This document shows positions 10,249 through 22,839 of a stretch of 64,000 nt of DNA, one piece after another. The stretch is taken from contig OY253669.1 of the NCBI GenBank assembly GCA_958009085.1, forward strand, positions 1,302,001 through 1,366,000, given 5' to 3'. Position 1 is the stretch's first letter. Each line of letters opens with the position of its first letter. Made by a program: the position numbers and the translations under genes. Source of the stretch: Protoeuglena noctilucae. Lineage: Eukaryota. The notes below the pieces were generated by a model that made no database searches, had not been told where the DNA came from, and worked only from the letters and a program-made list of their open reading frames with translations.

Positions 10249-13200
10249 TCATTCGTCTCGCGAGTCGAGCTCGTCCAGCACCTCGTAAGGGTTGAGGATG
10301 CCGGCGATCCTCGCGGCCTGCTCCCGCTCGACCTGTTTCTGGCGCTCGACCTCGTCCTCGTACAGAGCCCGGTTGTCCGCGTCCGCAAACTGCTTGGCCT
10401 GGACGAGGAAGTCCCGGAGGTGGTTCTTGAACGTCGCGACGTCCCGGAAAGCCAGCATGCCCTCCACCGACGCCCGGATCTGCCCCTCGGTGAGGTTCGG
10501 GAAGGACGTCTTGAGGAGGTCCGTCGTGTACTGGGCGACGAAGGTGCGGTTGTCCGGGAAGCTGCGGGGCGGAGGGGTAAGGGAGGGCTAAGAAGGGGAG
10601 GGAAGGGGGGCGCTGGGTGACGCTGGCAGGCGAGGCACGGGGCTGGGGCGACGGTGCAGCAGAGTGCAGGTGCGAGAGAGGGGTTGCGGACGGCGTGGCT
10701 GGAAAGGGGAGCGTGCGAGAGTGAGGCGCGGCGTGGCATGGCCGTGTCGATGTGCATGCAACGTGCATGCGATGCGTGCAGCATGCGACACAAGCAGCAC
10801 TGTGCGCGTGCGTGTGTTGCCCCGTCCCGTCTCGCCTGGCGGTGCTGGCGTCCCAGAGGGGTCCCTTGAGGGTGCCGTCCTGGCAGATGTTGAAGAGGTG
10901 GTGCATGATGCGGACGTGCATCTTGAAACCAGGCTTGTGGAAGGTGTCGGTCATGACTGCGATGACCTCGCGCAGCAGCATCGTGAAGTACTGCTGGTGG
11001 AAGGGGGTGGCGAAGTCCTGGAGCGACTGGAAGCTCCCGAGCATCTCCGCGAGGAGGTTGAGCCCCGTCTCGGCGACGTTGCGCTCCGTGTGCCGGATAG
11101 CCCACACGATCGAGTCCATGACCAGCTTCATCTGCTCGGAAGACATGGTGAAGAACACACGGAAGCAGCGGCTGTTGATGGCGCGGAGGAGGCTGAAGAA
11201 GCGCAGGCGGATTTCGGGGTACTGCGGGAAGCGAAGTGGGGCAAGGGGGCTTGGGGTGTGGTAGGGGGGTTGGGTGAGGGGCGGAGGAATGAGGGCAGCA
11301 GCAACGAGCAGGCGTGGTGAAGAAAACGCGACGAGTTTTCCAAAATAACAAGGCTGGGCAACGTGACACCACGTCGCGGCCGGCACAGCCCACGACTCGT
11401 CACCGGGCCATGTCTTCACCTCTCACTTCACCTCTTGTTAACCCCATTCGCCCGCTCTCGCCGGCCCTCACCTGCGACATGTCCTGCGTGATCATGCCCA
11501 GGGTGGTGTCGAAGACGTACTGGAGGATCTTGGGCACAAACGCCTCGGCCCTCGACCCCAGCTTGTCGACGAGGGTAGCGTACAGGAACAGGACCTCAGC
11601 GTCCCTGGCGTCGGGCGCGGACGAGGCGAAGTCCCCCAAAATGGGGTCCTCCATGGCGGGCATGAACTGGTCGGCGACGGCGGCCATGGGGGAGAAGGAG
11701 GACAGGGCGGCGGGCGACTGCGGGGGGTGGGCGGGGTGGGGAGGCGTGGGGCGGGTGGTGGCGTGACGGGCGGGCGAAGGATGGCCAATGAGGCAACGGT
11801 GGCGCCAGGGAGCGAGTGAGGCGCAGAGCCGGCGTGGCTCGCAGCAGTGCTCTCTCCGACAAGGCTGGAGGGGCGCGAGGGGGCGTAAGAGCGGGTGTGC
11901 GAGGGGGCGTGCCAGGTCAAGTGTGTGGAAGCGTGAGAGCGGGCACAGAAGGGGCCATTGTACCATCTCTCACCCCGAAGAGCATCCCCTCGTCGCAGGT
12001 GGACACGAACATCTCGAGGAGCCGCAGGACGGCCTTCTTGACCGTGCGCATGGCCTTGACGGCCGCGGTTCGCGAGGCCGCAGGGTCCTGGGCCACGGCC
12101 GCGCTCACGAGGCGCGAGTAGTGCTGGTAGACCTGGAGCATGCCGACGAAGATGCGCTGGAGTTGCGGGAAGAAGTTGGGCCCCAGGGAGTGGCACACGG
12201 CCGCGTTGGTCTGCAGCACGCTTGCCAGGTCGCGCGCCAGGGACGCGTCCCGGAGGACGTCCGGGTTCTGCGCCGCCTGGGCCAGGATGCCCTCCCACAG
12301 CATGTTGGGCCGCGCCATGAGGCCGCTGCGGGTGGGGCAGGGGCAAGGGCGGGGCGGATCAACCAGTGCCATCAACAGCCACCATGCAAGCAACCCATCC
12401 ACGCCACCCCAGCCCCAGCCGCATCACCCCAGCCCATGCTCACGTGAGGTACTCCTCGACTTCCTTGACCTGCGTGGCACTACCGACCATGAGCCCGACC
12501 GCCTCGTAGAAGAGGTGCACCTGGCGGGGCTCCAGGTCGCTGATGGGCGACTGGGACCCGCCCTCGTAGAGGGCCTGCAGGAGGGTCTGCGCGGGGGAAG
12601 AGCGGGGGCACAGGCGCTCAGCAAAGGCCCGGTGGTCACTCCCGTGGGTTGTCACCCCCCTCCCCGACCACTTGCACTGGAGCCCCTCGCAGCGACAACA
12701 CCCCCGCGTCCGGGATGCTCAGAAAACCATTCGTAGCAGAGCCACGCATCTCACCGCGAGGAAGGGCGGCTCCCCCGGGGGCGGCTGCACGAACTTGCGT
12801 TTGCACTTGGAGCAGATCTTGAGGAAGGTCTCGCAGGCCATGTCCTGTACGCCCGGATGCTTCTCGTGCATGAACTCGAAGAGCTTGTTGACCACCGTCC
12901 GCAGGAACTTCCAGTGCTGCCGCAGGAAGCGCGGGTACTGCCCCACCACGTACATGATGTTGCTGGCGATGGCCGCCTTGTTGTCCTTCCCGGACACCTT
13001 CTCGCACAAATCGAGCAGGTCCTTGATGACCATCACCAGGAAGCGGCTCTCGTCGTCCGGGTCCATCGTGCCAGAAACGCTTCCGATCGCCCAGCAGAGG
13101 CGGTTCAGAGCGCCCCATGACTGCGGGGGCGGGGAGGGAACGGATCCAGTCGCGCCAGAGTCGCCCGGCTTCTCCCTTTTCAACCAGCCAGTGGACGCCA

Positions 13201-16200
13201 CACTGTCAGTCTGTGCGCCCCCTTGGCCCTGCCGCTGCCGACGTCGCACTGCTACCCTCACCGCCGCTCGCCCCTCCCAGCCCTCTCCCGCAGCTGTGGC
13301 TGTCCCTCGCCCCCATCGTGCCCTCACCTCGGACCGCGGCTCGCCCCTCCTGGCCCTCTCCTGCGCCTCCTTGCGCTCCGCGTGCAACGTCTTGAGGTGC
13401 CCCAGCATCTTGTCCCGTGTGTCGTCCATGTTGAGGTGCGTCAGGTACACCAGCGCCTCCCGCATCACCTTGTACAGCGCCACCACGTCCGCGTCCTTCA
13501 TCTCCTCACTGCGGCGAACACGAGGCGCAGCGCAGGTGAGCGCCGCCACCATTCCAGCCGACTTCCCAGGTACTGCGCGGAGGTGGCCACTCCACGCGCC
13601 CCGCGCCCCTCACCGGACCACGTTGCCGTTCTCGTCCTCGACAAGCAGCACCTCCTCGGGCTTGGCCATCTTGTCCATCATCAGCACGCGCAGGTGGCTG
13701 AGGATCTCGGCGTAGAGCTGCTTGCGGGGAGACGCGCCCGCGCCGCCGGGCGCGCCAAAGGGCGACGTCTCCGGCAGCGCCTGCAGCGGGTGGGTGTTTT
13801 CCTGGGAGAAGAGGTCGATGACCAGGTGGTGCCAGTAGTCCATGCACCCCTTGAACACCTCCGGGTCGTCCACGTACGAAATCTGAGGTCAAGAAGGGCA
13901 CCGGGAGACGTCACAGTCCTGCCGTCGCCGCTTGCGGGCGAGGTCGACAACCGCCGGGTGGCGACGCTCATGGATATCCTCTTAGAGACGCAAGTGATGC
14001 GCGTGCTCGCTCACAGGCGCGCTGGCTCGCTCTGCTGGCGCGTGCTTGCGTACTGACTCAAGTGCATGAGCCCACTCGCCTGCAGCAGGTACGCCAGCCC
14101 CTCCAGGAGGGTGTGGTGGGCGTCCGAGTTGGCCTCGAGTGCCCCGAGGTGCGCGCGGAAGAAGGTCTGGAGGAAAAGGGCGAGGTCCTGCACGAACTGC
14201 GCCTCAGAGTCCCCCAGGGTCGGGTATCGCTCCGCGAGGGACACGGTGCGGGGGATGATGGAGGCCACGACCTGCATGACGGCGATGTACATCTGCGGGA
14301 GGCGAGAGGCGGGCCGAGCGGGGTCTCGCGTCGCAGGGGGCACGGTCAGTCAGGATGCGGTGGTCGCTGTCGGGCCGTGGCGACGGCGCAGGGGCATCCA
14401 ACCAGCATGCAGCAGGCAGGCGAGGGCTTCGGCGAGCTATCAGAGTCGCCGGCCCTGTGCGTGCCACGGCATGCGCCCGCCATCGCGCACCTGCACGAAG
14501 TACGCGTCGTGCTCCTGGGGAACTTGGAGCGACCCGACCTCGGTGAGGCACTTGAGGACGAGGTTGCGGTACGCCTCGACGGGGAAGAGTCGCAGGAGGG
14601 TCTGCGCGAGGCTCGTCTCGAAGATGTACCCCAGCGGGACCCAGGACAAAAAGGCGTGCATGGTGCCCAGGGCGGCGCGCATCAGCGAGGTGCCGACGTT
14701 GTCCGCGGTGAGGACGAACATGCAGAGCTCGTAGATCTGCTTGAACTCGTTGTTGAGCTCGGCCTTGAGCTCCTTGGTCTTGGCCGCCGTGATTTCGCCC
14801 TTGCTGAAGTCGAACACCTCCTCGCTCAGCAGCTTGAGGATGACCAGGCTGTTCTCGCACAGCGACTCGGACACCTGAGGCGGGGGTGGGAGGGCGCGGG
14901 CGGGGTCAAGGAGCCCGCGAGGCGGCACATGGCGGCATGACAAGCGAGCGCCTGGGGCAGCGTCGAGCAAGCACCCAGGACAGCGTTAATGTGTGACCGG
15001 CCAAGGTGGCAAGGTAGCACCTTGGACGCCGCGACGAGGTCCGGGATGAAGGAGCGCCAGCGGCCGGGCCAGTCGTGCTTGAGGATCTGGACGAGGATGA
15101 TGTTGACCTTGTTCAGGAAGAGGTGCTGGGCGCGGAAGGCCCCGGGGTCCTTGCAGATGTTGATGATCACGTTCGACACGTAGCTCTTGATGCCCTCACG
15201 CTGCTCCATCGGCAAGAGACCCCTGCGCGCGATCGCCGGGCGGGGGCGATTGCTCTCGGATCCCCGGAGGGGCCGGACACTCGGGCAAAGCACTTGGGCA
15301 GGGCAGCCGCCCCGACCACTAGGCGGGCTGCCCGCTGGCACACGCGCTCACCACTTGTACTTGACCGTCTGCTCCAGTATTTGCAAGCCAAAGAACTTGG
15401 TGTTCTGCGCGGGGAACGTCGAATTGGTCACAACACGAGTTGCACAGCGCGTGCTGGACCCGTACCCGCCCGCCCGCCGCAGCTCGCCTGGTCCTGGCTC
15501 TTTTCCAAGATCAAGTCCACCCTGGTCCACGCATCGGGATGCTCGCTGAACGTCCGCATGACCTCGTCCGCCGCCTTCCTCTGCAAAGGGAAAGCAAACG
15601 CAGCGTGCCCCGTCCGTTCCGCGCCTCAGCTGAGCTGGTCGCGAATTGCCAGGCACCCAGAGCAGCAAGACAATGGATAGGTCGAGACAGGCTGCCGCTG
15701 GAGGCAAGCGGACCAGCGGCGCGGCGACGACGCCTCCCTGACAACGCGTGCGCTGAGGGCCGGGGCGGTCGGGGGGGCCAGAGCGCGTGCGGAGGCTCGC
15801 GACGTGAGGTATGCAAAAATATAATGGCGCGCGAGTCAGGGGTGGCGGAGCGGGAAGCCCCAGCACGGCGTGGGACGCAAAGACAGCTCGGTGCTCTGCC
15901 GTGCTCAGGTCGAGCCAGGCAGCCCGGCGCCATCGGTCGCGCCCCCCCGCGCCCGCTCCTCGAACAAAAACGGCAAGACAGATTCATATCGCACTCCCAC
16001 CGGGCCGTCTAGCCCGCCGCGCGTGCGGGATGCGGGCCTCTGGATGCGTCTGCTTTGGCCCGCCTCCCGCGCGCCTTCGAGCCCGAGTCGAGATCTCGCG
16101 CTGTGCTGCCGGCGGTTCGGAAGAGCAGCGAATGCCTCACCATCTGCGGATCCGCGGCGGCGTAGAAGGTCTGGATGATGGAGTCGAGCATGCCCACGTC

Positions 16201-16254
16201 CAGAGGCGTGCTGAAATCCAGCACCCGCTGGGACGCCGCCATGAGATCCGCCAT
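10249..16254 (-). CDS. XPO1: Exportin-1 (CRM1), about 15 exons
   Basis: [153 protein letters not shown]. Confidence 0.97.
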
Positions 16255-16454
16255 TCCCCCAGCCACTCCCTCTCCCTATCGATCCGCAGCGGCCCGGGTC
16301 AGCGCAGGGGGCCAGCCGAGCTGGATCGCCGAGACCCTTCGACAAGCAGGTCAGAGCCACTTCTCTACCACACGAGCCTATCGAGATTCAAAAGTGCGCG
16401 GTGCAGGACGATGCGCGGGGATGGAGAAGGGGGCCTCGTAGAATGTGCTGCACG

Positions 16455-17231
16455 CTATGCCAGCGACCTAGTCACCCCCACGACGGTCGAGACGAAGACG
16501 GACAGCAGCAGCACGAGCATGACGGCCCCGAGGACGAAGGGGCCCACCATGTCGTCAAAGGGGCCGTCCTCCTGCAAGGGAGGCGACGGTGCACCTCCGA
16601 CTCGCTGCTGTGTCCCTGCGGTGTCCCTGCCAGCGCTGGCCAACCTTGCCACGCCTGGCACCACGCCCGCCGCTCACCTTGCGCACAATCTTCCGATCCC
16701 TGCGCGTGAACATGCGCGCCGAGTAGACGACCATCCATATGGAGACCACGAGGACTGCCAGTGACACGCCCTTGGTCCACAGCGCCACTAACCGATACTG
16801 CGGGTGGCGAGGTGGGCACGGGAGTGCCGAGAGAGCGGGAGGCGGGCTACACGCTCGTTGCGCCCCGGCACGCCCGGACACAGTGGTCCCAGCGTCTCTC
16901 CCACGAGCTGGATGCGGTCAAGCGGCCCACCTGGGGATCCCAATGCTTTTGCGCATGTTGTGATACGCCCAGCAGCCCCGAGGCCGCGGAGCCCAGGTAG
17001 ATGGAGTGCGTCAGCCAGTGGAGGAAGGTACGCTCGTTGGCTGCGCCACGGAGAGGACGGTTGCCCGTGAGACGCGTCCCGCGCAACGTTCACGCGGTGC
17101 TCAAGCTGTGCAGCCCCGGGAGGGCCCGAGAGGACGTGCGGAACGCGCCCCCGCAACACATGCCTCCCGCCGCGCTCACCGAAGTACACCTTGGGCTCCC
17201 CCTTGGAGACGCCCGTGAACGGCTGCTCCAT
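16455..17231 (-). CDS. VTC1: Vacuolar transporter chaperone subunit 1 (DUF202, 3 TM helices), 4 exons, about 130 aa
   Basis: Spliced product MEQPFTGVSKGEPKVYF|ANERTFLHWL..HWDPQ|YRLVALWTKGVSLAVLVVSIWMVVYSARMFTRR..|EDGPFDDMVGPFVLGAVMLVLL..*. EPKxxFANERTFLxW and GPFDDxxGP are VTC1 hallmarks. Confidence 0.9.
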
Positions 17232-18096
17232 CGCTGCCTCTCCCTCGGCCCACCGACACCCGCGCCCGCCGAGTTCTCCCCGCGAAGCCGCGAAAGATTC
17301 CCTAGCTTGCGACGAGAGAAGTGGGAACGACAGTCCGCAAGACCTACGGCGGGCCAGTGTCGTCAAGGATGCGTTCGCGAGTGAGCGAGGGGGGGAGAAC
17401 GAGTAGCTGAAAGGTGTCCGACTTGTGTCAGAGACCTCGGTGTTTCGAGGGACGCGTGCCGAAATCCCGGCCTCCCCCGCGTCTGCTGCTCATTCATCGC
17501 ATCCTGTTCCCTTCCGTCTACTGCTCAGCTAGAGGCAATCCTCCCATCGACCAGGATCGTTCCTGTCCGGCAAGGGCGCCCGGTAAGTCGCGATAGGCGC
17601 AGTTAGGAGCGACGCGGCTGGCTCAGATGCGTTGATATTTATTCGTCAACCTCGACTGCGCAATCTCTGGGCCGCTGGGCGCGCCGCTCGCCGTTCCCGC
17701 GGCTACCGGACTGACCAGGAACAGCGGGCCCGCTCGCGCGATTGCGTGGTCGCCGGGCCCATATTCCGGCGGCATCCTGCCTTGACCGCACGTCGTGCCC
17801 CCCCGGCTGTCAATGCGTGGCGCGCGGTGCTCGAAAGCTGGCTCTTGCCCCCGTCGCAACCTTTGCGCACACACCCCGCTGGATACGGCGTCCGCGCGCC
17901 GCTGGGGCTTAGGTAGATGGGCGACTGCAGACCATGTGTTCTCATGCGCACGGACGCGTCGCATTCTCGCGGTCGGGGGCGCGAGCGTGCACTCCCGCCG
18001 CGGGCAAGCAGAGATGGGAGCCCTCTCCGCTGGTTTCGGCGCGCAGGGGCCAGGGGATTCTGCGGGGAAACCTCCGAGGAGCACACCTCGGGGGAT
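17232..18096. promoter_or_regulatory. Putative bidirectional promoter/5'-UTR region between VTC1 and VTC4
   Basis: 865-bp interval between divergent start codons, with no convincing coding exon and locally AT-richer patches (e.g. 17631-17645). Inferred from gene geometry only. Confidence 0.55.
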
Positions 18097-21000
18097 ATGA
18101 AGTTCGGCAAGTACCTCGGGGAGCAGAAGCGCCCCGAGTGGAGGCACTACTACCTCGACTACTCGACCCTCAAGGTGGGCGCGCTGGAATTTCAGAGCGT
18201 TGGATGAGACTCTTGGGCGCACGCTCGCACCGCGCTGCGGCGCGTGGTTGCGGCGGGGCGCCCGGGCATGCGTGCGAGCGGGCAAGGTGCGCAGCATCTT
18301 CCTCCTTGCCGCCCCGCCACGCTCCGATCGCGGGCCATGATTGTGTCGCTTTCGAACCGGGGATTTTGGGGCCCCGCGCGGGCGCAGGTGCCCGGGGCCG
18401 GGCGTGGCAGATGCGCGGGATGGCGGCGGGTAGGTCGCCTGGCCGCGCCGCGCATGGTGACAACGGCGAGCTTCCTGTCGCGCCGCAGGACTTGATAAAG
18501 GACTGCGTGGCTTCCGCGAAGGACTCGGGGTACACGCCACGCGTGACGTCGCTTTCCGTCCAGCGGCCAGGTGCGGCAACCACCACGCCAGGGCCCCGCG
18601 CGGGTCCCTGGGGGGACCGGCGCCGCGATGCGTCGCGCCTCTCGACGCTTCCGCATGTAATGTGTAGCCAGCGACGCGCGAACGCTTCGTTTCTCGCCGC
18701 CGCGCGACGCAGACTCCCAGGGCGGCACCGCCGAGGAGCGCTTCTACAAGAAGCTCGATGACGAGCTCGAGAAGATCGGTTCCTTCACGGTCACGCAGAT
18801 GACCACGCTCCGCAACAGGTATGCGACCTCGTGGGGGACAGCGAGGGGGGCGGTGCGCCGCGTGGAGGGCTGCCTGTCACGCAGCGCGTCCGCGTCGCTC
18901 TCGCAGGCTGACCAGGCTGGCGGACAAGGCGGAGGTCTTCATCGACAAATCCGCGGGGTCGATCGACAAGGACTCGGACGAGTACAACAACCTGGTCAGC
19001 GAGGCCAAGAGCATCGGGTCCGACTACCTGGCCATGGAGAAGTTCGTCAACCTCAACTACATGGGTGAGCGGCAAGTGGATGACGTCGGCGAGATGACGT
19101 CAGGCCGGGCAGCTCCCGCCTTTCGACCTTTGTACGCGTAGCACCGTCGTCGCGCTGTGTGTTGGCGTTGGCCGCTCGAGTGCATCGCGTGAGGGGTGCT
19201 GGCCCGGCAAACGCGCCGACGCTTCCCCCGCAGGGTTCCACAAGATCCTGAAGAAGCATGACAAGAACGTGCCGCAGGCGCCCATCCGCCAGTTCTACAT
19301 CTCGCGGGTGCACCAGCAGCCGTGGGTGCAGGGCAACTACTCGGACATCCTGGTGCAGCTGTCGAACATCCACTCGCTCCTCCGCCAGGACAAGACCGGG
19401 CAGAAGAACGAGGACGCGGCGCAGGGGTTCGTACGGTCCACGACCAAGGTGGGGCGCCCGCCTTACTTTCACTGCCGCGCTCCCACCCCGGCGCACGCGC
19501 TCTTTTGTGCACGTGCAGTGCTTCCTGAACCCCCGCGGGCGCCCTGACCGCCTGCAACACCCACCACCCCCGCGTCGCAGTACTGGGTGCGCACGTCGGA
19601 CGTGTCGGTGGTCAAGCACTTCGTGCTGCAGCACTTGCCCGTCTTCCAGTTCGACAAGAGCCAGTTCGCCGGCGACGCCCAGCTCATCAACTCCGTGTAC
19701 ATGGACAACTCCAACTGCGAGCTCTACCACGGCCGCCTCGACAAGCGGCCCGGCGCCATCGCCCTTCGCATGCGGTGGTACGGGAACGGCTACCCCCGCA
19801 CCGTCTTCATGGAGCGCAAGACGCACAAGGAGGTGAGCGCGCGGCCGGGAGCGTGGCCGTCGCGGCATCGCTCGCCGGCAGTGCCGCCCGCTGACGGTCC
19901 TCGCCCACTCCGCGCAGTCATGGAAGGGCGAGACGAGCGTGAAGGAGCGGTTTGTGCTCCCGGAGGAGAAGGTGTTGCCTTTCCTGACGGGCAAGTACAC
20001 GCTGGAGGAGGCCGTGCAGGCTCTGCGGGACAAGGGCAAGACCGAGGACGAGATCGCCAAGTTCAGCGAGCTGTTCGAGGAGGTGCAGCAGGTCGTGGAC
20101 AGCAAGCAGCTCCAGCCCATGGTCCGCACGCAGTACATGCGCACGGCGTTCCAGGCGAGCAGAGACGGGGGCGTCAGATGCGCCCGTGATGGCGAGGGCG
20201 GGCAGCGTGCATGACGTAGAGTAGCAGTAGCGTGAGACGGCGAGCCTTGTTCCGTTGTTCCGCGCAGGTGCCCTTCGACGCCACCGTGCGCATCTCGCTC
20301 GACACCAACCTCTGCATGATCAAGGAGAATCCGGAGGACGGGCCCTCGTGCTACGAGGCGGGGCGGTGGTTCCGTGACCCCGAGGTGCGTCCCTCGGCGT
20401 GGGTGGGCGTTCGCAGAGGTGCTGGCGGGGTCTGAGTCAGTGCAGGCCGACTCAGCAAGGAGTTCGACGTCACGTGCGCGCAGGACACGCCTGGGCGCAC
20501 GGAGATCACGCGCTTCCCGCACGCCATCCTGGAGATCAAGCTGTCGCTGAACGAGGGAGAGGAGCCGCCGACGTGGGTGCAGGAGCTGCTGTCGTCCGGT
20601 GAGCATGAACACCAGATTGCACTGATTGACTCGGCCAGCGTGCGCCCGCAGCGGCGCCGCTCCTGGCTCCGCCCCGTCCGGCGCAGACCAGGGTAAACGT
20701 TCTCCTCGCTCGCAGGCCTGGTGACGGAGGTGCACAAGTTCTCCAAATTCATCCACGGCATCGCGACGCTGCTCCCCGAACAGGTGCAGGCGGTGCCCTA
20801 TTGGATCGACGATGAGTCCATCCGTGCGTCGATGCTCGCGTCCGCGCAGCTGCCGGCCTCGACGCCGCGCGTGGGCCCCACGGGCGCCTCCCCGCGTGGC
20901 AACGGGGCGGGGCCGTCCATGGCCATCAGGGCAGACACGTCGGACGCCCTGCGCAGCAAGCCCCGCACGGACATGGACGACCTCCGCCACCCGTTGCTGG

Positions 21001-21604
21001 GCGCGGCGCCGCAGCTGCAACTTATCGGGCAGGAGCGGAGAGAGCGGGCCGCCCATGCGGGGGCCGTCTGGGTGCCGCGGTGGCTGCGCCGGGTCCTGGG
21101 CATGCAGGAGCCGCAGTCGGGGTTCAAGCCGCGCAAGATGCCGATGAGGTGAGACGGGGGAAGGGCGCCGGGGCCCGTGGGGCGCTTGCGGCAGTGCTCG
21201 GCACGCGCGAGCGTCGCTGCACCCACGGTCATGCCCCGCTCCGTGACCCCAGGATCGAGCCCAAGACGTACTTCGCCAACGAGCGCACGTTCTTGAACTG
21301 GATGCACATGGCGATCGTGACGGGGACCATCGCCTCGGCGCTCCTGGGGCTGTCGGGGGCGGGGGACGGGGCGGGGCCGGCATGGACCACGTCGGTCATC
21401 TCGCTCGTCATGCTCCCGGTCTCCATCATGATTGCCGTGTACGCGCTCTACACCTTCTACTGGCGCCTGACGATGATCCGGAGGCGCGAGGTGTCCTTTT
21501 TCGACGACAAGCACGGGCCCCTGGTGCTCGCCGGCGTCATCGTGTTTGCGCTCGCCATCATCTTCATCGTATCCCTGCTCGATTTCGTCCAGACGTTTGC
21601 GTAG
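18097..21604 (+). CDS. VTC4: Polyphosphate polymerase VTC4 (SPX + VTC catalytic tunnel + DUF202 TM domain), about 11 exons
   Basis: SPX: MKFGKYL..YLDYSTLK|DLIK and LNYMG|FHKILKKHDK. VTC domain: FVRSTTK|YWV, INSVYMDN, ALRMRWYG, FMERKTH, VKERF, RTAFQ|VPFDATVRISLDTNL, FPHAILEIKL, HKFSKFIHG. TM domain: IEPKTYFANERTFLNW..FDDKHGP. Confidence 0.96.
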
Positions 21605-21814
21605 GAACCGCGCCCGTGCGCCTTTGAAGGCTTTACTTGGCCACTGGCATCGAAGCGACTGGCTGGCGAGTGCCGTTAGACCATAACAGATCACCAGATC
21701 AGCACCAGGTCATCTCTCCGGTCTCCTCCCGACTTGCCGAGGGTCTTGAGGGCGCACTGCTCGCTCAGCGTTGTGAATTCCTTAGCGGGAACAGGGTGTG
21801 CAGCGCGGCCCAAC

Positions 21815-22466
21815 ATGGTGCCCGTGCCCCTGCCCTTCAGCAATTTCTACAGCAGCAAGCTGTTCGAGAGCTTATGCAAACGCGCTTTCGAGGTACCATG
21901 GGCTGATGCCACGACCAGGGGATGTGACCGCTGCACCCGCTGCACCCCAGCTCTTAATTAGAGCTGCGCAGCTCGCAGATGTGCGATGTGGATTCCTCCG
22001 GGCAGCTGGACGTCAAGGAGCTTCACATCGGCGTCCTCCTGGCGTACCACCAGATCAACTCGCGCCTCCCCATCCGCCTCAACCCCCCGTCGCACGCGGA
22101 GGTCCGCGACATCTTCTCGCGCCACGACAGCCGGGGGAACGACGACGGCAAGCTCAGCTTCGACGAGTTCCGTGAGGTCATGAAAGAGTCCATCGGTTCC
22201 GAGAAGGATTTTACCAAGAGCATTCCGTTCAAAATTCTCCAGCAGCTCGCCCTGAATCTGGGCATCATGCCCCTGCTGACGATCGGCATGCAGGCGCTGG
22301 GGGACAAGGCTGGCATCGACGCAATCAAGGTGAGGCCGGCATTCCTGACGCTGGCTGCTTATCATTATCGGATGCTGACCTGCAGCCAGCGCACTCCTCC
22401 CAGTCCATCCCCGCCCCCTTCCTGTACGGCATCATCTCCACGCTGAAGAGCTACATCGTCCCGTGA
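21815..22466 (+). CDS. EF-hand calcium-binding protein with hydrophobic C-terminal segment, 3 exons
   Basis: LCKRAFE|MCDVDSSGQLDVKELHIGVLL is EF loop 1 and HDSRGNDDGKLSFDEFREVM is EF loop 2. The tail reads LALNLGIMPLLTIGM..|SIPAPFLYGIISTLKSYIVP*. Confidence 0.8.
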
Positions 22467-22839
22467 GACGCGCCCATCCTCAGGACTGCGGCCTGCAGTC
22501 CCCGCCCTTCGTCACATGTTCTGACATTTTCGGGACCGCCGCGACGAGCCGGGAGCCCGGGGGCCTTAACTCTTCCTCGCTGCACTTCGCACACGTCTGT
22601 TTCGTTCCGCCGACTCGCTCCGCACGGGCCCGCGAGAGCGGTCCACCGCCGCGCTCTCTCCACGGTCCTCCAGTTGAAGCGAGAGGTGCAAGGGGCTTTT
22701 CTTCGTGAAGTTAGATCATCCGACTAGCGCGCGGGCGTCGTGGGGCATCGCCGGGTCTCGTTCACTCGACGTTGTTGAGGGGGGCTTGGGGGACTTGGCC
22801 GGCGAGCGAGAGGGACCCGGCCTCCCGGGTGCCCTGGAG

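Noticed and set aside
17232..18096. P1BS (GNATATNC) phosphate-starvation element in the VTC promoter
   Set aside because: The ATAT-containing sites I found by eye (near 17635, 17760 and 18095) do not fit the consensus.
19053..21383. 776-aa minus-strand ORF and many other 200-550 aa ORFs rich in R/P/A/G
   Set aside because: They are antisense or off-frame shadows of real spliced genes in very GC-rich DNA where stop codons are rare. They carry no recognisable motifs.
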